The notes under the pieces were generated by a model, which saw nothing but the letters and a program-made list of their open reading frames with translations, had not been told where the DNA came from and searched no databases. Below, piece after piece: positions 39,688-49,565 of a stretch of 64,000 nt of DNA (its first letter is position 1; the number at the start of each line of letters is the position of its first letter). Position numbers and translations under genes: made by a program. Source of the stretch: an uncultured bacterium (GTDB lineage Bacteria; Nitrospirota; JACRHL01); the NCBI GenBank assembly GCA_965371175.1, contig CBDUXI010000003.1:20493-84492 (forward strand), written 5' to 3'.

Positions 39688-40602
39688 TCAGGGGGCCGTT
39701 CGCAGGGCGTCCAGGGCGCGCTGGTGGTAGTCCAGTTTGCTTCTGGCCTTGCGCTCGGCAAACACGGCGATCAGGTTTTTAACCGTACGCTCCAGAATGT
39801 ACCGGGTGGCCACCGGCTCCAGGTAACGCTCGTCGAACGACACCCCCATGCTGCGCAGCAGTTTGGCGCAGCCGTCCTGATCAATGAGCCGTCCCCGGTG
39901 GAACGGGTCGATGATGCGCATCTCGTCCCCGTCGTCGTACTTGACCAGAAAATGCCCCGGCATGCCGATGCCGTAAATGGGCAGGCTCAGCCGTTGGGCC
40001 AGCACCAGATAGAGGGACGACAGGCTGATGGGGATGCCTTTTCGGGTTTCCAGCACCGAGTGCAGATAGGAATTTTCCGGGTTGTAATAGTCGCCGGTAT
40101 TGCCGCAGAACCCCTGCTCTTCAAACAGGTAGCGGGACAGGCGGCGCAGCATGACATCCGCCCCGTCGCCGGGGTCCAGTTTCAGCATCAAATCTTCGGT
40201 CATGCGCCCGATGCGGGCGGCCACCTGCTTTTCGTCCAGTTCGGGCGTGTGCAGCCGGGAAAGCAGGATCAGCCCTTCCTCCAGCCCGTTCCTTCCCCTT
40301 TTTGCAAACTGCCGGATGTCGTGAATGACGAGTTCGGAAGACAACTCCTGTACCAGCGCGCCTGCCCGTTCGCTCAGCGGTTCCTGGCCCCGCTCCACCG
40401 CATCTTTCAAGGCGGGCAGGGCGGATACGCCAATGTCGCGCAGATGGTCGGAGATGGCCTCCCCCACCCGTGGGTCTTCATCTTCCAGCAGGGTGATCAG
40501 GGCCAGAATGCGGGCGTTTTCACGGTATTCATGCGGTGCCCCTGCGGGCGGGTCTGTGACGCCTTGGGGGCGGGTGGCTAGTGGGTCCATACGGGGCATC
40601 AT
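39688..40602 (-). CDS. Transglutaminase-like / SirB1-family (UPF0162) protein with N-terminal HEAT-like repeats
   Basis: ...GIPISLSSLYLVLAQRLSLPIYGIGMPGHFLVKY matches the COG2912 transglutaminase-like core. Confidence 0.55.
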   Translation of the reverse strand: MMPRMDPLATRPQGVTDPPAGAPHEYRENARILALITLLEDEDPRVGEAISDHLRDIGVSALPALKDAVERGQEPLSERAGALVQELSSELVIHDIRQFAKRGRNGLEEGLILLSRLHTPELDEKQVAARIGRMTEDLMLKLDPGDGADVMLRRLSRYLFEEQGFCGNTGDYYNPENSYLHSVLETRKGIPISLSSLYLVLAQRLSLPIYGIGMPGHFLVKYDDGDEMRIIDPFHRGRLIDQDGCAKLLRSMGVSFDERYLEPVATRYILERTVKNLIAVFAERKARSKLDYHQRALDALRTAP

Positions 40603-40615
40603 AGGGACCGGCAGG

Positions 40616-43114
40616 TCAGGGAGTCAACGCGGTCTCTGACGCTTTTGTTGGGGAAAAATTCTTTAGCCGGAGGGAATTGGACACCACGGACACAGAGGAA
40701 AACGCCATGGCGAAGGCGGCAATGACCGGCGACAGCAGGATACCGAAAAATGGATACAGGACTCCGGCGGCTATGGGAATGCCCAATATGTTGTAGCCAA
40801 ACGCCCAGAACAGATTCTGGCGGATGATGCGCATGCTGCGACGGGACAGTTCAATCGCGGTCACCACCAGCCGCACATCGCCCCGCATCAGGGTGATGTC
40901 GGCGGCTTCCATCGCCACGTCGGTGCCGGTGCCGATGGCCATGCCGATGTCGGCTTTGGCCAGCGCCGGGGCATCGTTGATGCCGTCCCCCACCATGGCC
41001 ACCACTTCCCCCGCCTGTTGCAGCCGGGCCACTTGTTGGGCTTTGTCGCCCGGCAGCACCTCGGCCAGGACTTCATTGATGCCAAGGGTGTTTGCAATGG
41101 CCGTGGCGGTGCCCTGGTGATCGCCGGTAATCATGACCACCTTCAGCCCCATTTTGTGCAGGGCGGCGACGGTCTCGAATGCTTCGGGACGGGGCGAGTC
41201 GGTGACGGCAAACAGGCCGAGGGGCTGCCCCTCCACAGCGACAAGGAGCGGGGTTTTTCCCTGGGCCGAAAACCGTTCCACATGGGGCTGGAACCAGCCG
41301 GTATCGATGCCGGCATCGGTCATCAGGCGTATATTTCCGATGAGTACAGCTTTGCCCGCCGCCGTGGCCGTGACCCCGCGCCCCGGTACGGCATCGAATT
41401 TTTCCACGCGGGCAGGTGTCACCTTGTGCCGTTCGGCTTCTGCCATGATGGCCTGGGCCAGCGGGTGTTCCGAGGCACCCTCTACGCCGTGTGCGATGGC
41501 CAGCAGTTCCTCTTTGGTGCCCGTGTTTACCAGGGTGTCGGTGACCTTCGGCACCCCTTCGGTCAGGGTGCCGGTCTTGTCGAACACCACGGTGGTGACC
41601 TTGTGGGCCTGCTCCAGGCTTTCCCCACCTTTGATCAACACGCCCATTTGCGCCCCCCGACCGGTGCCCACCATGATGGCGGTGGGGGTGGCCAGCCCCA
41701 GGGCGCACGGGCAGGCGATAATCAGCACGGCCACCGCCGCCACCATGGCGTGAATCAAGGCCGGGGTGGGACCGGCTACGGCCCAGACGGCAAACGTGAG
41801 CGCCGCCACCCCCAGCACGATGGGTACAAAAATACCCGCCACCTTATCGGCCACCCGCTGGATCGGTGCCTTGGACCCCTGTGCCCGGCGGACCATTTCG
41901 ATAATGCCGGCAAGGGCGGTATCAGCCCCCACCCGGGTGGCGCAAAAGTGAAATGCGCCGGTCTTGTTGAAGGTGCCGCCGGTGACCGTATCGCCCGCTT
42001 TTTTTTCTACCGGGATCGGCTCGCCGGTGAGCATGGACTCATCCACCGCCGAATAGCCGTCGGTCACCTGCCCGTCCACGGGGATTTTTTCTCCGGGGCG
42101 CACGGCCACGGTATCGCCCACCAGCACTGCATCCAGCGGGATGGAAACCTCCTTGCCGCCCTTGATGACGGTGGCCTGTCTGGGGGCAAGGCCCATCAGT
42201 TTTTTGATGGCATCCGACGTATGCCCCTTGGCGCGGGCCTCCAACGTACGGCCCAGAAGAATGAGGGTGACGATGACCGCCGCCGTATCAAAATAGACAT
42301 GGGGCGCAGAGCCTGCCTGGGCAAACAGACCGGGGGCCAGGGCCGCTACCGCCGAATAGCCGTAGGCGGCGCTGGTGCCCACCACCACCAAAGTGTTCAT
42401 GTCGGTGCCGCCATGCCTTGCGGCGGCCCATGCGGCCCTGTAGAACGGCCATGCGGCCCAGAACTGCACCGGGGTGGCCAAGGCCAGCAGCCACAGGGGG
42501 CGGCCGGGGATGGCGGAGACAAACGGAAACAGGGCGGGCATGCTGCCCACAAAAATCAGCACCGCAAGCCCCGCCGATACGAACAGGCGCACGGTCAGGG
42601 CGTGTCGGTGGGCCGCCTGCCGGGCGGCCTCGGCATCTTCCACGTCGCCCGCATCTCCTGCCTGTTCGGGCACTTCGTAGCCTGCCCGTCCAATGGCGGC
42701 GACAAGGTCTGCGCGGCGTGCGAACGGCAGGTGAGTGATGCGTCCGCTTTCGCTGCCGTAGTTCACCTGAGCGGAAACCACCCCCTCCACCTTGCCCAGC
42801 ACCTTTTCGATGCGGGCAGAACAGGCGGCGCAGCTCATGCCGGAAATGGGCAGATCGGTGGTCACCGTGCCCACGTCGTAGCCGGTGCGGCGTACGGCTT
42901 CCACAAGCTCGCCGGGGGATATTGCCGCCGGATCGTAAAGGATCGTGGCCGACTCGTTGCCGTAGTTCACCTGGGCGGACAATATACCGTCGGTACGCGA
43001 TAACACCTTTTCGATGCGGGCGGCGCAGGCGGCGCAGGTCATGCCGGTGATGGGCAGTCGGAGTTCCTGCCCGGTGTGGGTGGAAAGTGTCGCAGATGCC
43101 GTCGTCGAGGTCAT
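40616..43114 (-). CDS. copA: Copper-translocating P1B-type ATPase with two N-terminal heavy-metal-associated (HMA) domains
   Basis: Two [12 protein letters not shown] / [15 protein letters not shown] motifs, the CPC transmembrane metal site, DKTGTLT phosphorylation motif, and GDGINDAP. Confidence 0.9.
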   Translation of the reverse strand: MTSTTASATLSTHTGQELRLPITGMTCAACAARIEKVLSRTDGILSAQVNYGNESATILYDPAAISPGELVEAVRRTGYDVGTVTTDLPISGMSCAACSARIEKVLGKVEGVVSAQVNYGSESGRITHLPFARRADLVAAIGRAGYEVPEQAGDAGDVEDAEAARQAAHRHALTVRLFVSAGLAVLIFVGSMPALFPFVSAIPGRPLWLLALATPVQFWAAWPFYRAAWAAARHGGTDMNTLVVVGTSAAYGYSAVAALAPGLFAQAGSAPHVYFDTAAVIVTLILLGRTLEARAKGHTSDAIKKLMGLAPRQATVIKGGKEVSIPLDAVLVGDTVAVRPGEKIPVDGQVTDGYSAVDESMLTGEPIPVEKKAGDTVTGGTFNKTGAFHFCATRVGADTALAGIIEMVRRAQGSKAPIQRVADKVAGIFVPIVLGVAALTFAVWAVAGPTPALIHAMVAAVAVLIIACPCALGLATPTAIMVGTGRGAQMGVLIKGGESLEQAHKVTTVVFDKTGTLTEGVPKVTDTLVNTGTKEELLAIAHGVEGASEHPLAQAIMAEAERHKVTPARVEKFDAVPGRGVTATAAGKAVLIGNIRLMTDAGIDTGWFQPHVERFSAQGKTPLLVAVEGQPLGLFAVTDSPRPEAFETVAALHKMGLKVVMITGDHQGTATAIANTLGINEVLAEVLPGDKAQQVARLQQAGEVVAMVGDGINDAPALAKADIGMAIGTGTDVAMEAADITLMRGDVRLVVTAIELSRRSMRIIRQNLFWAFGYNILGIPIAAGVLYPFFGILLSPVIAAFAMAFSSVSVVSNSLRLKNFSPTKASETALTP

Positions 43115-43484
43115 TTCTTCATTCTACACCCGGCCGACCGTTCTACATTTGGCTATTGCGGACCCGTGGGTTTCCCCGGACAGGGCAACGAATTTCCCAC
43201 CTTGGGGTGGGGCAGGGGATGCATCACCGAACCGCTTTGCCCCAGCCCCGGCATCGAATCGTAAAAAAACAATATAAAACAATGTATTAACCGCATCGTC
43301 AAAAAAATGACAAAGCGGCACGGGGCTTGCTACATACCCTCCCTGGTAACACGTTTGTTTGTGGACCCATTCTGTCCGGGCAACCCGTTCGCGAGGACGG
43401 CACGCAAAGGATACGGGTCTCCACCCGATTGGGGGAGGAGACGGCTGACCTGCCAGTTAAGTCCGCGCTGTTGGAGTTGTATCC

Positions 43485-43622
43485 ATGCGCGAAGTAACGC
43501 ACATCGCTGGAAAGTACATGTTGGACCTGGCCGCCAAGTCGCGGATCATTTTTATGTTTATGGGATTCAGCGTCGTGGCGCTGATGTGGGCTGATCGGTA
43601 CACCCTGACCCTGATGGGGTAA
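43485..43622 (+). CDS. Possible 45-aa hydrophobic peptide
   Basis: Short ORF in the AT-rich copA upstream region. One predicted TM segment. Speculative. Confidence 0.15.
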   Translation: MREVTHIAGKYMLDLAAKSRIIFMFMGFSVVALMWADRYTLTLMG

Positions 43623-43628
43623 AGTCCC

Positions 43629-43769
43629 ATGCAGGTGGCCAGAAACGCTTTCGTTCTGACCGTCACCATCTTGTTAACCCAACTGGTGGTGATGGCCGTC
43701 TGGTACGGTACCCCCCCGTGGCTGAAGGTGGCGGTGCAACTGCCCGGACTGATTGCCGGGATCCGTTGA
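43629..43769 (+). CDS. Possible 46-aa hydrophobic peptide
   Basis: Immediately follows the previous small ORF. One TM segment (VLTVTILLTQLVVMAVWYG). Speculative. Confidence 0.15.
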   Translation: MQVARNAFVLTVTILLTQLVVMAVWYGTPPWLKVAVQLPGLIAGIR

Positions 43770-43785
43770 CCCCTTTCACCCCTCT

Positions 43786-44340
43786 CTAACTTCCGGTTAA
43801 CTCTTTTCGTACCCTGATCTTGGTGTCGATGAACACCTTGTGGGGGACGTGTATCAAATCCGCCACCCGGCGCACCAGCCCCTCTTCGTGCTTTTCCATC
43901 TCGGCGTCGGCAAACACCACCCGCCAGAGCAGCTCGATCACATGGTTTTTCTGCTCGGGACTGAACCCCTTGTCGATCAGGTGGGTGAACTGAAACAGGG
44001 AAGTGGCCTCTTTGGCCTCGGCCTGGGCGAGTGTAATCAGCTCCGCCGTTTCGGTGTCGGTCAGGCCGAATTTGCCTTTTATGGCATCGGTGACCGCCTG
44101 CCGTTCCTCATCCCTGACCGTGCTGTCGGCCCGGGTGACCTCGATGAGCAGCGCTGCCGTGGCCAGCTTTAAGGCGTGATCGGTGGCCTCTTTGGAGGTG
44201 ATGGCCGCAGATTCGGCCATGTTGTCGTTAAAGAATCGCTGGATGGTCTTGAGCATGGACGCGGTGCCTTTTTCCGGGTGGGTCAAACCGTAAATATGGT
44301 GACCCGGAAGCGTGGATTTGTCGAGGGGGACGGGCAACAA
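43786..44340 (-). CDS. TerB-like (tellurite-resistance TerB family) domain protein
   Basis: All-helical, with paired acidic residues (EERQAVTDAIKGKFGLTDTE, EQKNHVIELLWRVVFADAEMEKHEE) typical of TerB. Likely start at 44256. Confidence 0.45.
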   Translation of the reverse strand: MLPVPLDKSTLPGHHIYGLTHPEKGTASMLKTIQRFFNDNMAESAAITSKEATDHALKLATAALLIEVTRADSTVRDEERQAVTDAIKGKFGLTDTETAELITLAQAEAKEATSLFQFTHLIDKGFSPEQKNHVIELLWRVVFADAEMEKHEEGLVRRVADLIHVPHKVFIDTKIRVRKELTGS

Positions 44341-44411
44341 AAATAGATTATGAAATGGGCAATTTACACCGAAAAGAAGGGAGGTGGAGCGATTAGAAAG
44401 TAAGGAGCCGG

Positions 44412-44984
44412 ATGGGTAAATATGTTGCAGATCCGCTTGCGATCCTGCGTAAGCGCAAATTTCCCGGCATTGTGATGCTAAACGGTGAACTGGATGTTAC
44501 CTGGGTGAACGACCGGGCCGCCGCCCTCATGGGCAAGCCCCACTGTGCAGAAGAGGTGGAGGCGCACCCGTTGATGCACGACGTGGTGCGTTTGGCCGCC
44601 GACCTGCTTGAGGCCAGAGAAAAAGACGACGAAAAAGTGGCTGTGGCAGTGCATCTGGACGGGGATCATACCTACGGCTTGCGGGCGACATTCATGACCC
44701 CGCCGGACAGCCCGGACGGGGCTTCACGCATGGTGCTGGTCTACATCGATACCGTCAGCCTGGAACGGGAGGTGGACTTTGACGCCGCCCGCCGCCTGTA
44801 CCATATTTCGCGTCGGGAGCAGGATGTGGTGCGCATGCTCTATTACGGCAAATCCAACCGCGACATTGCCGATCTGCTGTTTATTTCCGAATACACGGTC
44901 AAGGACCACATCAAGGCCATCATGTCCAAGATGGACGCCAAATCCCGTTCCGAGGTGCTCTACAAGTTGAGCGTGGCGGCTTAA
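44412..44984 (+). CDS. LuxR-family transcriptional regulator with an N-terminal PAS-like sensor domain
   Basis: C-terminal GerE/LuxR HTH (SRREQDVVRMLYYGKSNRDIADLLFISEYTVKDHIKAIMSKM). Confidence 0.7.
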   Translation: MGKYVADPLAILRKRKFPGIVMLNGELDVTWVNDRAAALMGKPHCAEEVEAHPLMHDVVRLAADLLEAREKDDEKVAVAVHLDGDHTYGLRATFMTPPDSPDGASRMVLVYIDTVSLEREVDFDAARRLYHISRREQDVVRMLYYGKSNRDIADLLFISEYTVKDHIKAIMSKMDAKSRSEVLYKLSVAA

Positions 44985-45001
44985 CCCCTAAAAAACTGCC
45001 C

Positions 45002-46453
45002 TTAGCGGGAGCGTTTGTCCTTATCCCGGTGGCGCACGTCGAATTTTAACGGGGTGCCGGTAAAGTCGAAAGCCGTACGCAGTCCGTTTTCCAGATAGCG
45101 CTGATACGGCCCGGTCAGCCCGTCCGGCTGGTTGGTGAACAGCACGATGCGCGGCGGCGCGGCCTTTACCTGGGTGGCGTAGTAAATACGCACCCGCCGT
45201 CCCCGCAGCCGGGGCGGCTCCTGGCGGTTCACCAGATGTTCCACCGCCCGGTTCAACTCGCCGGTGGGAATGCGCCGCCGGAACGCTACGGCCACCTTGT
45301 TGATGGCGGTAAAAAGTTGGCCCATGTTGTGCCCCGACAAGCCCGAAATACGCACCACGGGCGCATGGGCCAGAAACGGAAACAGGCGCTCCATTTCGCT
45401 GGTGATGGCACTCAGCGCCTCGGCGTTGCCTTTTTTGGTGTCCCACTTATTGATCCCCAGCACGCAGCCGCGCCGGGCCTGAATGATCTGGCCTGCAATC
45501 TTGGTATCCAGATCGGTCACCCCTTCGGTGGCGTCCATGAGCAGTACGGCCACTTCTGAGCGCTTGAGCGCACTCATGGTGCGCGACACGCTGGCCCGTT
45601 CGATCCCCTTGTCGATGCGGCCCCGGCGGCGGATACCGGCGGTATCGATAAACAGGTATGGGGTGTCCCCAAAGCTCACTTCCGAATCGATGGCGTCGCG
45701 GGTGGTGCCGGGGATGTCGCTCACCACCAGCCGGTCTTCCCCCAGCAGCCGGTTGATCAGGGTGGATTTGCCCACGTTGGGGCGGCCCACCACCGCCACC
45801 CGCACCATCGGTTCGCCTTTGTCCTCACCCTCGGCATCTGCATCCGGCAGGGGGGTTTTTGGCAGAAGAAATTCCAGCTCGTCGTACAGCAAATCCAGCC
45901 CCCGGCTGTGCTCTGCCGAGATCGGAATGACCGGGTCGAACCCCAGGGCGCTGGCGGAAAACGCCTCCTGCTCCAGAATATCGGAGTCGGCCTTGTTGAC
46001 CAGGTGCAACACCGTCGGCTTGCTCTTGCGGATAATGATCGACAGTTCCTGATCCGCCGGGGTCAGACCGTCTCTGGCGTCGGTCATGAACAGCACGATA
46101 TCGGCCTGTTCCAGGGTGGCCAGGCTCTGGTCGCCCACGTCTTTTTTTAACGGGTCGCTCTGCTCCGGGTCTACCCCGCCGGTATCGATGAGGGTAAAGC
46201 GCAGCCGGTCCCAGGTGATGTCTCGATAGTGGCGGTCGCGGGTGACGCCGGGGGTGTCCATCACAATGGCCACGCGTCGGCCCGCCAGCCGGTTGAACAG
46301 GGTGGATTTGCCCACATTGGGGCGACCGACGATGGCGATCACCGGCAGCGGGTCCGGGGTCTGGCTGGGCTTTTGGGGCGTGGTCACAAAAAATGCCGAA
46401 AAAAAGGCGAGAGCAAAAGAGATGAAAAGTATCACGAACCTGCCGTGCTGCAC
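45002..46453 (-). CDS. der: Ribosome-biogenesis GTPase Der (EngA), two GTPase domains plus a KH-like domain
   Basis: Two G domains (GRPNVGKST twice). The ORF carries about 37 extra hydrophobic N-terminal residues; the real start may be internal. Confidence 0.9.
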   Translation of the reverse strand: MQHGRFVILFISFALAFFSAFFVTTPQKPSQTPDPLPVIAIVGRPNVGKSTLFNRLAGRRVAIVMDTPGVTRDRHYRDITWDRLRFTLIDTGGVDPEQSDPLKKDVGDQSLATLEQADIVLFMTDARDGLTPADQELSIIIRKSKPTVLHLVNKADSDILEQEAFSASALGFDPVIPISAEHSRGLDLLYDELEFLLPKTPLPDADAEGEDKGEPMVRVAVVGRPNVGKSTLINRLLGEDRLVVSDIPGTTRDAIDSEVSFGDTPYLFIDTAGIRRRGRIDKGIERASVSRTMSALKRSEVAVLLMDATEGVTDLDTKIAGQIIQARRGCVLGINKWDTKKGNAEALSAITSEMERLFPFLAHAPVVRISGLSGHNMGQLFTAINKVAVAFRRRIPTGELNRAVEHLVNRQEPPRLRGRRVRIYYATQVKAAPPRIVLFTNQPDGLTGPYQRYLENGLRTAFDFTGTPLKFDVRHRDKDKRSR

Positions 46454-46566
46454 AATTGATACGGCCCTTTCGCCCTTGAAGAAGCGCCGCTTTCCGTGCT
46501 AGATTTCGCCGGTTGGGCGGGACCATCCGTCGCCCGTAAATCGCCCCTTTTTGCCCCCTGTTTTTC

Positions 46567-49047
46567 GTGACCGCTTACCAGCCCCATATCATCGAACCAA
46601 AATGGCAGGCCCGCTGGCAGGAGGACCGCGCCTTTGCCGTGGCCGACGACGATCGCCCCACGTTTTACTGTCTGGAGATGTTCCCGTACCCGTCGGGAAA
46701 CATCCACATGGGGCACGTGCGCAACTATGCCATTGGTGATGTGATCGCCCGCTACCAGCGCATGTGCGGCTACAACGTGCTGCACCCCATGGGCTGGGAT
46801 GCCTTCGGCCTGCCGGCGGAAAACGCCGCCATCAAACACAATCTGCCGCCGGACGAGTGGACCCGCAGCAACATCGAACACATGAAGGGGCAGATGCAGC
46901 CGCTGGGGCTGTCGTACGACTGGGACCGGGAACTGGCCACCTGCAACCCGGACTATTACAAATGGAACCAGTGGTTCTTTTTGCAGCTTTTTGAAAAAGG
47001 CATCGCCTACCGCAAAAGCAGCCAGGTGAACTGGTGTGTCCCATGCGACACGGTGCTGGCCAACGAGCAGGTGGTGGACGGCCTGTGCTGGCGCTGCGAC
47101 ACGCAGGTGACCGCCAAACAGCTGGACCAGTGGTGCCTCAAAATCACCGATTACGCCCAGGAACTGCTGGACGATCTGGACACCCTGACCGAATGGCCGG
47201 AACGGGTGGTGACCATGCAAAGAAACTGGATCGGGCGCTCCGAAGGGGTGGAGATCGACTTTTCTCTCGATGATCCGGTGCCCATGACAGCGGGTGACAT
47301 GACCCGGCTGACGGTCTACACCACCCGGCCCGATACCGTTATGGGGGTCACCTTTCTGTCGGTGGCCGCCGACCACCCGCTGGCGCAGGATGCGGCTGGG
47401 GACAATCCGAAGCTCGCTGAATTTATTGAAGAATGCCGGGGGCACGGGGTGTCCGAGGCGGCCATGGAAACCATGGAAAAGCGCGGCATGGATACGGGCC
47501 GCATGGCCACCCACCCGATCACCAGCGAAAAAATACCGGTGTATGTGGCGAACTTTGTGCTGATGGCCTACGGCACCGGCGCGGTGATGGCGGTGCCGGC
47601 CCACGACCAGCGGGATTTTGAGTTCGCAAAAAAATACGATATCCCCATCAAGGTGGTCATTCAGCCCAAAGGCGAAAAGGTCGATGCCGCCAGCATGGAT
47701 GCGGCGTATACCGGCCCCGGCAGCATGTGTAGCTCCGGCGGGTTCGACGGGCTGGACAACGAAACGGGCAAAAACAAGGTGGCGGACCTGCTGGAAAAAA
47801 CCGGCCACGGCACCCGCAAGGTCAACTTTCGCCTGCGGGACTGGGGCATTAGCCGCCAGCGTTACTGGGGCACGCCGATCCCGGTGGTGCACTGCGCTGC
47901 CTGCGGCATCGTGCCGGTGCCGGAAAAATCGCTGCCGGTGGCGCTGCCCACCGGGGTGACCCTGCCAAAAAAAGGCTCTCTTTTAGCGCAGGACCCGGCC
48001 TTTTACGAGACAACTTGTCCCAAGTGCCAAAACAAAGCCCGGCGAGAGACCGACACCATGGACACTTTTGTGGACTCGTCCTGGTATTTCGCCCGCTTCA
48101 CCTGTCAGGGGACGGATCAGGCCGATCAGGGGATGATCGACCCCAAAGCCGCCGACCGCTGGCTGCCGGTGGATCAGTACATCGGCGGCATTGAGCACGC
48201 CATCTTGCACCTGCTGTATGCGCGCTTTTTTACCAAGCTGATGCGCGATGCCGGGCTGACTAAAGTGTCCGAGCCGTTCAAACGCCTGCTGACCCAGGGC
48301 ATGGTGATTAAAGACGGCTCAAAAATGAGCAAGAGCAAAGGCAACGTGGTGGACCCGGGCTCGCTGCTGGAGCGCTACGGGGCCGACACCGCCCGCCTGT
48401 TCATCCTGTTTGCCGCGCCGCCGGAGCGGGATCTGGAGTGGTCCGACTCCGGCGTGGAAGGGTCGTACCGGTTTTTAAAGCGGGTGTGGGCGCTGGCGCA
48501 GGAGTTGCCGGATGAAGATGTGCCGGACGAGCTGTCGGACGCGGGACTTGCCTTGCGGCGGGTGACCCATCGCACCATCGACAAGGTGACGTCTGATATT
48601 AAGCGGGGCTATCAGTTCAATACCGCCATTGCCGCCATGATGGAGCAGGTGAACGCCGTCACCACCTTCAAGAAGAATATGGGGGAGGAAAAGAATCCGG
48701 GAGATGCTGGCGTACTGGCCGAGTCGGTCCGCTCCCTGATCGTGCTGCTGGCCCCGTTTGCCCCGCACATGGCCGAGGAGTTGTGGGAACAGACGGGCGG
48801 CACCGGGCTGCTGTGCAATCAGCCGTGGCCCAAAGCCGATCCGGTCTGGCTGGTGTCCGATACCGTCACCATCGTGGTGCAGGTGATGGGCAAGGTGCGC
48901 GACCGCATCGAAGTGGCTGCCGATGCCGATGAAGAGAGCGTCAAAAGCGCCGCCCTGGCTTGTGAAAACGTGCAGACCCACATGCATGGCAAACTGCCGC
49001 GCCGGGTGATCTATGTGCCGGGCAAACTGGTGAACGTGGTCGTTTGA
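46567..49047 (+). CDS. leuS: Leucine--tRNA ligase
   Basis: 826 aa. HMGH and KMSKS class-I signatures. Classic LeuS N-terminus. Confidence 0.95.
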   Translation: MTAYQPHIIEPKWQARWQEDRAFAVADDDRPTFYCLEMFPYPSGNIHMGHVRNYAIGDVIARYQRMCGYNVLHPMGWDAFGLPAENAAIKHNLPPDEWTRSNIEHMKGQMQPLGLSYDWDRELATCNPDYYKWNQWFFLQLFEKGIAYRKSSQVNWCVPCDTVLANEQVVDGLCWRCDTQVTAKQLDQWCLKITDYAQELLDDLDTLTEWPERVVTMQRNWIGRSEGVEIDFSLDDPVPMTAGDMTRLTVYTTRPDTVMGVTFLSVAADHPLAQDAAGDNPKLAEFIEECRGHGVSEAAMETMEKRGMDTGRMATHPITSEKIPVYVANFVLMAYGTGAVMAVPAHDQRDFEFAKKYDIPIKVVIQPKGEKVDAASMDAAYTGPGSMCSSGGFDGLDNETGKNKVADLLEKTGHGTRKVNFRLRDWGISRQRYWGTPIPVVHCAACGIVPVPEKSLPVALPTGVTLPKKGSLLAQDPAFYETTCPKCQNKARRETDTMDTFVDSSWYFARFTCQGTDQADQGMIDPKAADRWLPVDQYIGGIEHAILHLLYARFFTKLMRDAGLTKVSEPFKRLLTQGMVIKDGSKMSKSKGNVVDPGSLLERYGADTARLFILFAAPPERDLEWSDSGVEGSYRFLKRVWALAQELPDEDVPDELSDAGLALRRVTHRTIDKVTSDIKRGYQFNTAIAAMMEQVNAVTTFKKNMGEEKNPGDAGVLAESVRSLIVLLAPFAPHMAEELWEQTGGTGLLCNQPWPKADPVWLVSDTVTIVVQVMGKVRDRIEVAADADEESVKSAALACENVQTHMHGKLPRRVIYVPGKLVNVVV

Positions 49048-49550
49048 TGTTTTCTCGATCCACTTTTTTTGGGTTGGCGGCGCTCCTGTGCCTGGGGCTT
49101 TTGTCCGGGTGCGGCGGCTACCAATGGGTGACCGATCGTGGCATTGCCGGGACCAGCACTCAGGTGACGGTGCCGGTGTTCATCAATGAAACCCCGGAGC
49201 CGTTTCTGGCCGAAATTCTGACCGCTGCGGTACGCTCCCGGTTTCTGGCCGGGGGGGTGCGCGTGGCCCCTTCGGGCTTACCTGCGCTAAATGGGCGTAT
49301 CATGCGCGTGGCCGATGCGGTGCTGGCGTTTGATGCGGACGGTATCGCCAGCCATCGCCGGGTGGTGGTGACGGTGCGGGTGGCGCTGGCAGGTGGTTCG
49401 GGAGATATCTGGACGGACCGGCCGTTCGTGGGGTCGGCGGAATATCCGGTCACCAGCGATCCCACCTTCAACCGGGACGCCAGGGACCGGGCGCTGGAGG
49501 AAGCGGCCACGGGCATTGCAAACCAGCTGTTACTGGCGCTGGATACTTAA
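49044..49550 (+). CDS. lptE: LPS-assembly lipoprotein LptE
   Basis: Lipobox LLSGC. Canonical position between leuS and holA. Confidence 0.6.
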   Translation: MMFSRSTFFGLAALLCLGLLSGCGGYQWVTDRGIAGTSTQVTVPVFINETPEPFLAEILTAAVRSRFLAGGVRVAPSGLPALNGRIMRVADAVLAFDADGIASHRRVVVTVRVALAGGSGDIWTDRPFVGSAEYPVTSDPTFNRDARDRALEEAATGIANQLLLALDT

Positions 49551-49565
49551 AGGGAGAGTAAGTAA

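Noticed and set aside
41018-43003. 661-aa ORF antisense to copA
   Set aside because: Entirely inside the P-type ATPase gene, which carries all canonical motifs. Antisense frame open by chance at about 65% GC.
46432-47892. 486-aa ORF antisense to leuS
   Set aside because: Overlaps leuS, which has HMGH/KMSKS motifs. No independent evidence.
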